Source of the DNA: Streptomyces phage Stigma
Length of the DNA: 32,000 nucleotides
Sequence record: ON456343.1
Reading direction: 5' to 3' (one strand)
Made by a program: the position numbers and the translations under genes. Every line of letters begins with the position of its first letter. Positions within the stretch are counted from its first letter, which is position 1. The notes under the pieces were generated by a model. The model saw nothing but the letters and a program-made list of their open reading frames with translations, had not been told where the DNA came from and made no database searches. Positions 31,520 to 32,000 of the stretch are shown in pieces.

Positions 31520-31622
31520 GGCAGTAGAGGGGTACACAGACCTTGGTACAAAAAGGCGCTGTGTGCCTCTCTAGCATCCTAGGAATACGTCCTAGGGTGA
31601 TTGCCCATAGGAGGGTCTGAGA

Positions 31623-32000
31623 GTGGCACTGACAGGCGTACACGCGTGTTCCAACGGCTACCCGCACCGAAACGGGGAGTGCGGTTTCACTCCGCTGTCT
31701 GTACGGGGTGCGACTATGTGTCAGTGTGGCGGATATCCAGCCACCACTACACAAGGGGTATGCACTGTGTGTGGTGCTGGATATTACGAATCCATTGACG
31801 ATTTCCGGGCCGATATCCCGAATGAGGATTCCGGCCGGGTGCAGGAAGAATCCCCTATCAAGGTATACGCATACAGGGGAGATATCCCTACGGTAATCAA
31901 GGGGGTAAGGGAAGACAGCATTACGGTAGAAGACAGAAAGGGTGTGCTTACCCTTGTCTTTGAGTTCATGGATGGGGACCGAATCGGGTACTTTCCTCAC
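31623..32000 (+). CDS. hypothetical protein with zinc-ribbon Cys pairs (GTG start, runs off window)
   Basis: GGAGGG 8 nt upstream of GTG; open to the end, includes CQCGG...CTVCGAGYYESIDDF... Confidence 0.55.
   Translation, partial: MALTGVHACSNGYPHRNGECGFTPLSVRGATMCQCGGYPATTTQGVCTVCGAGYYESIDDFRADIPNEDSGRVQEESPIKVYAYRGDIPTVIKGVREDSITVEDRKGVLTLVFEFMDGDRIGYFPH

Noticed and set aside
1-32000. CRISPR arrays, transposase/IS elements, integrase or retron-like genes
   Set aside because: I looked for regularly spaced direct repeats, terminal inverted repeats and characteristic motifs and saw none. The dispersed AAGCTT modules are irregularly spaced with variable stems, so they are not CRISPR.

Overview
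The window looks like an accessory or early region of an actinobacteriophage, probably infecting Streptomyces. This host call is inferred from content and not from any database search. Nearly all credible genes are short and lie on the + strand. (i) 1-2.4 kb holds five predicted tRNAs (Glu-CTC, Glu-TTC, Gly-GCC, Gly-TCC, Gln-TTG) interleaved with strongly structured non-coding segments. (ii) 2.4-25.3 kb holds about 45 small genes. Recognisable products are a KTSC-domain protein, a thioredoxin-like protein, a NADAR/YbiA-like protein, an RNA ligase, an SsgA-like protein, a DUF932 protein, an HNH endonuclease, a secreted NlpC/P60 protein, a metallophosphoesterase, a SprT-like metalloprotease, a kinase-fold-like protein, two paralogous lipoproteins and many tiny membrane or zinc-ribbon proteins. 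(iii) 25.3-26.75 kb is a complex non-coding region with DnaA-box-like sites, a terminator, tandem repeats, a 16-bp palindrome and sigma70-like promoters. (iv) 26.75-32 kb is a second block of small genes with different intergenic signals, including two more kinase-fold-like paralogs. The most unusual sequence-level signal is a dispersed intergenic element, seen about 32 times between 0.8 and 24.9 kb: a GC-rich hairpin followed directly by AAGCTT and then a ribosome-binding site. In several copies the -35 hexamer TTGACA is the hairpin loop and the descending arm forms the -35/-10 spacer. Other strong leads are leaderless-type promoters, an apparently anticodon-arm-deficient tRNA-like RNA at about 21.9 kb, and a structured 5' leader at 13.6 kb.
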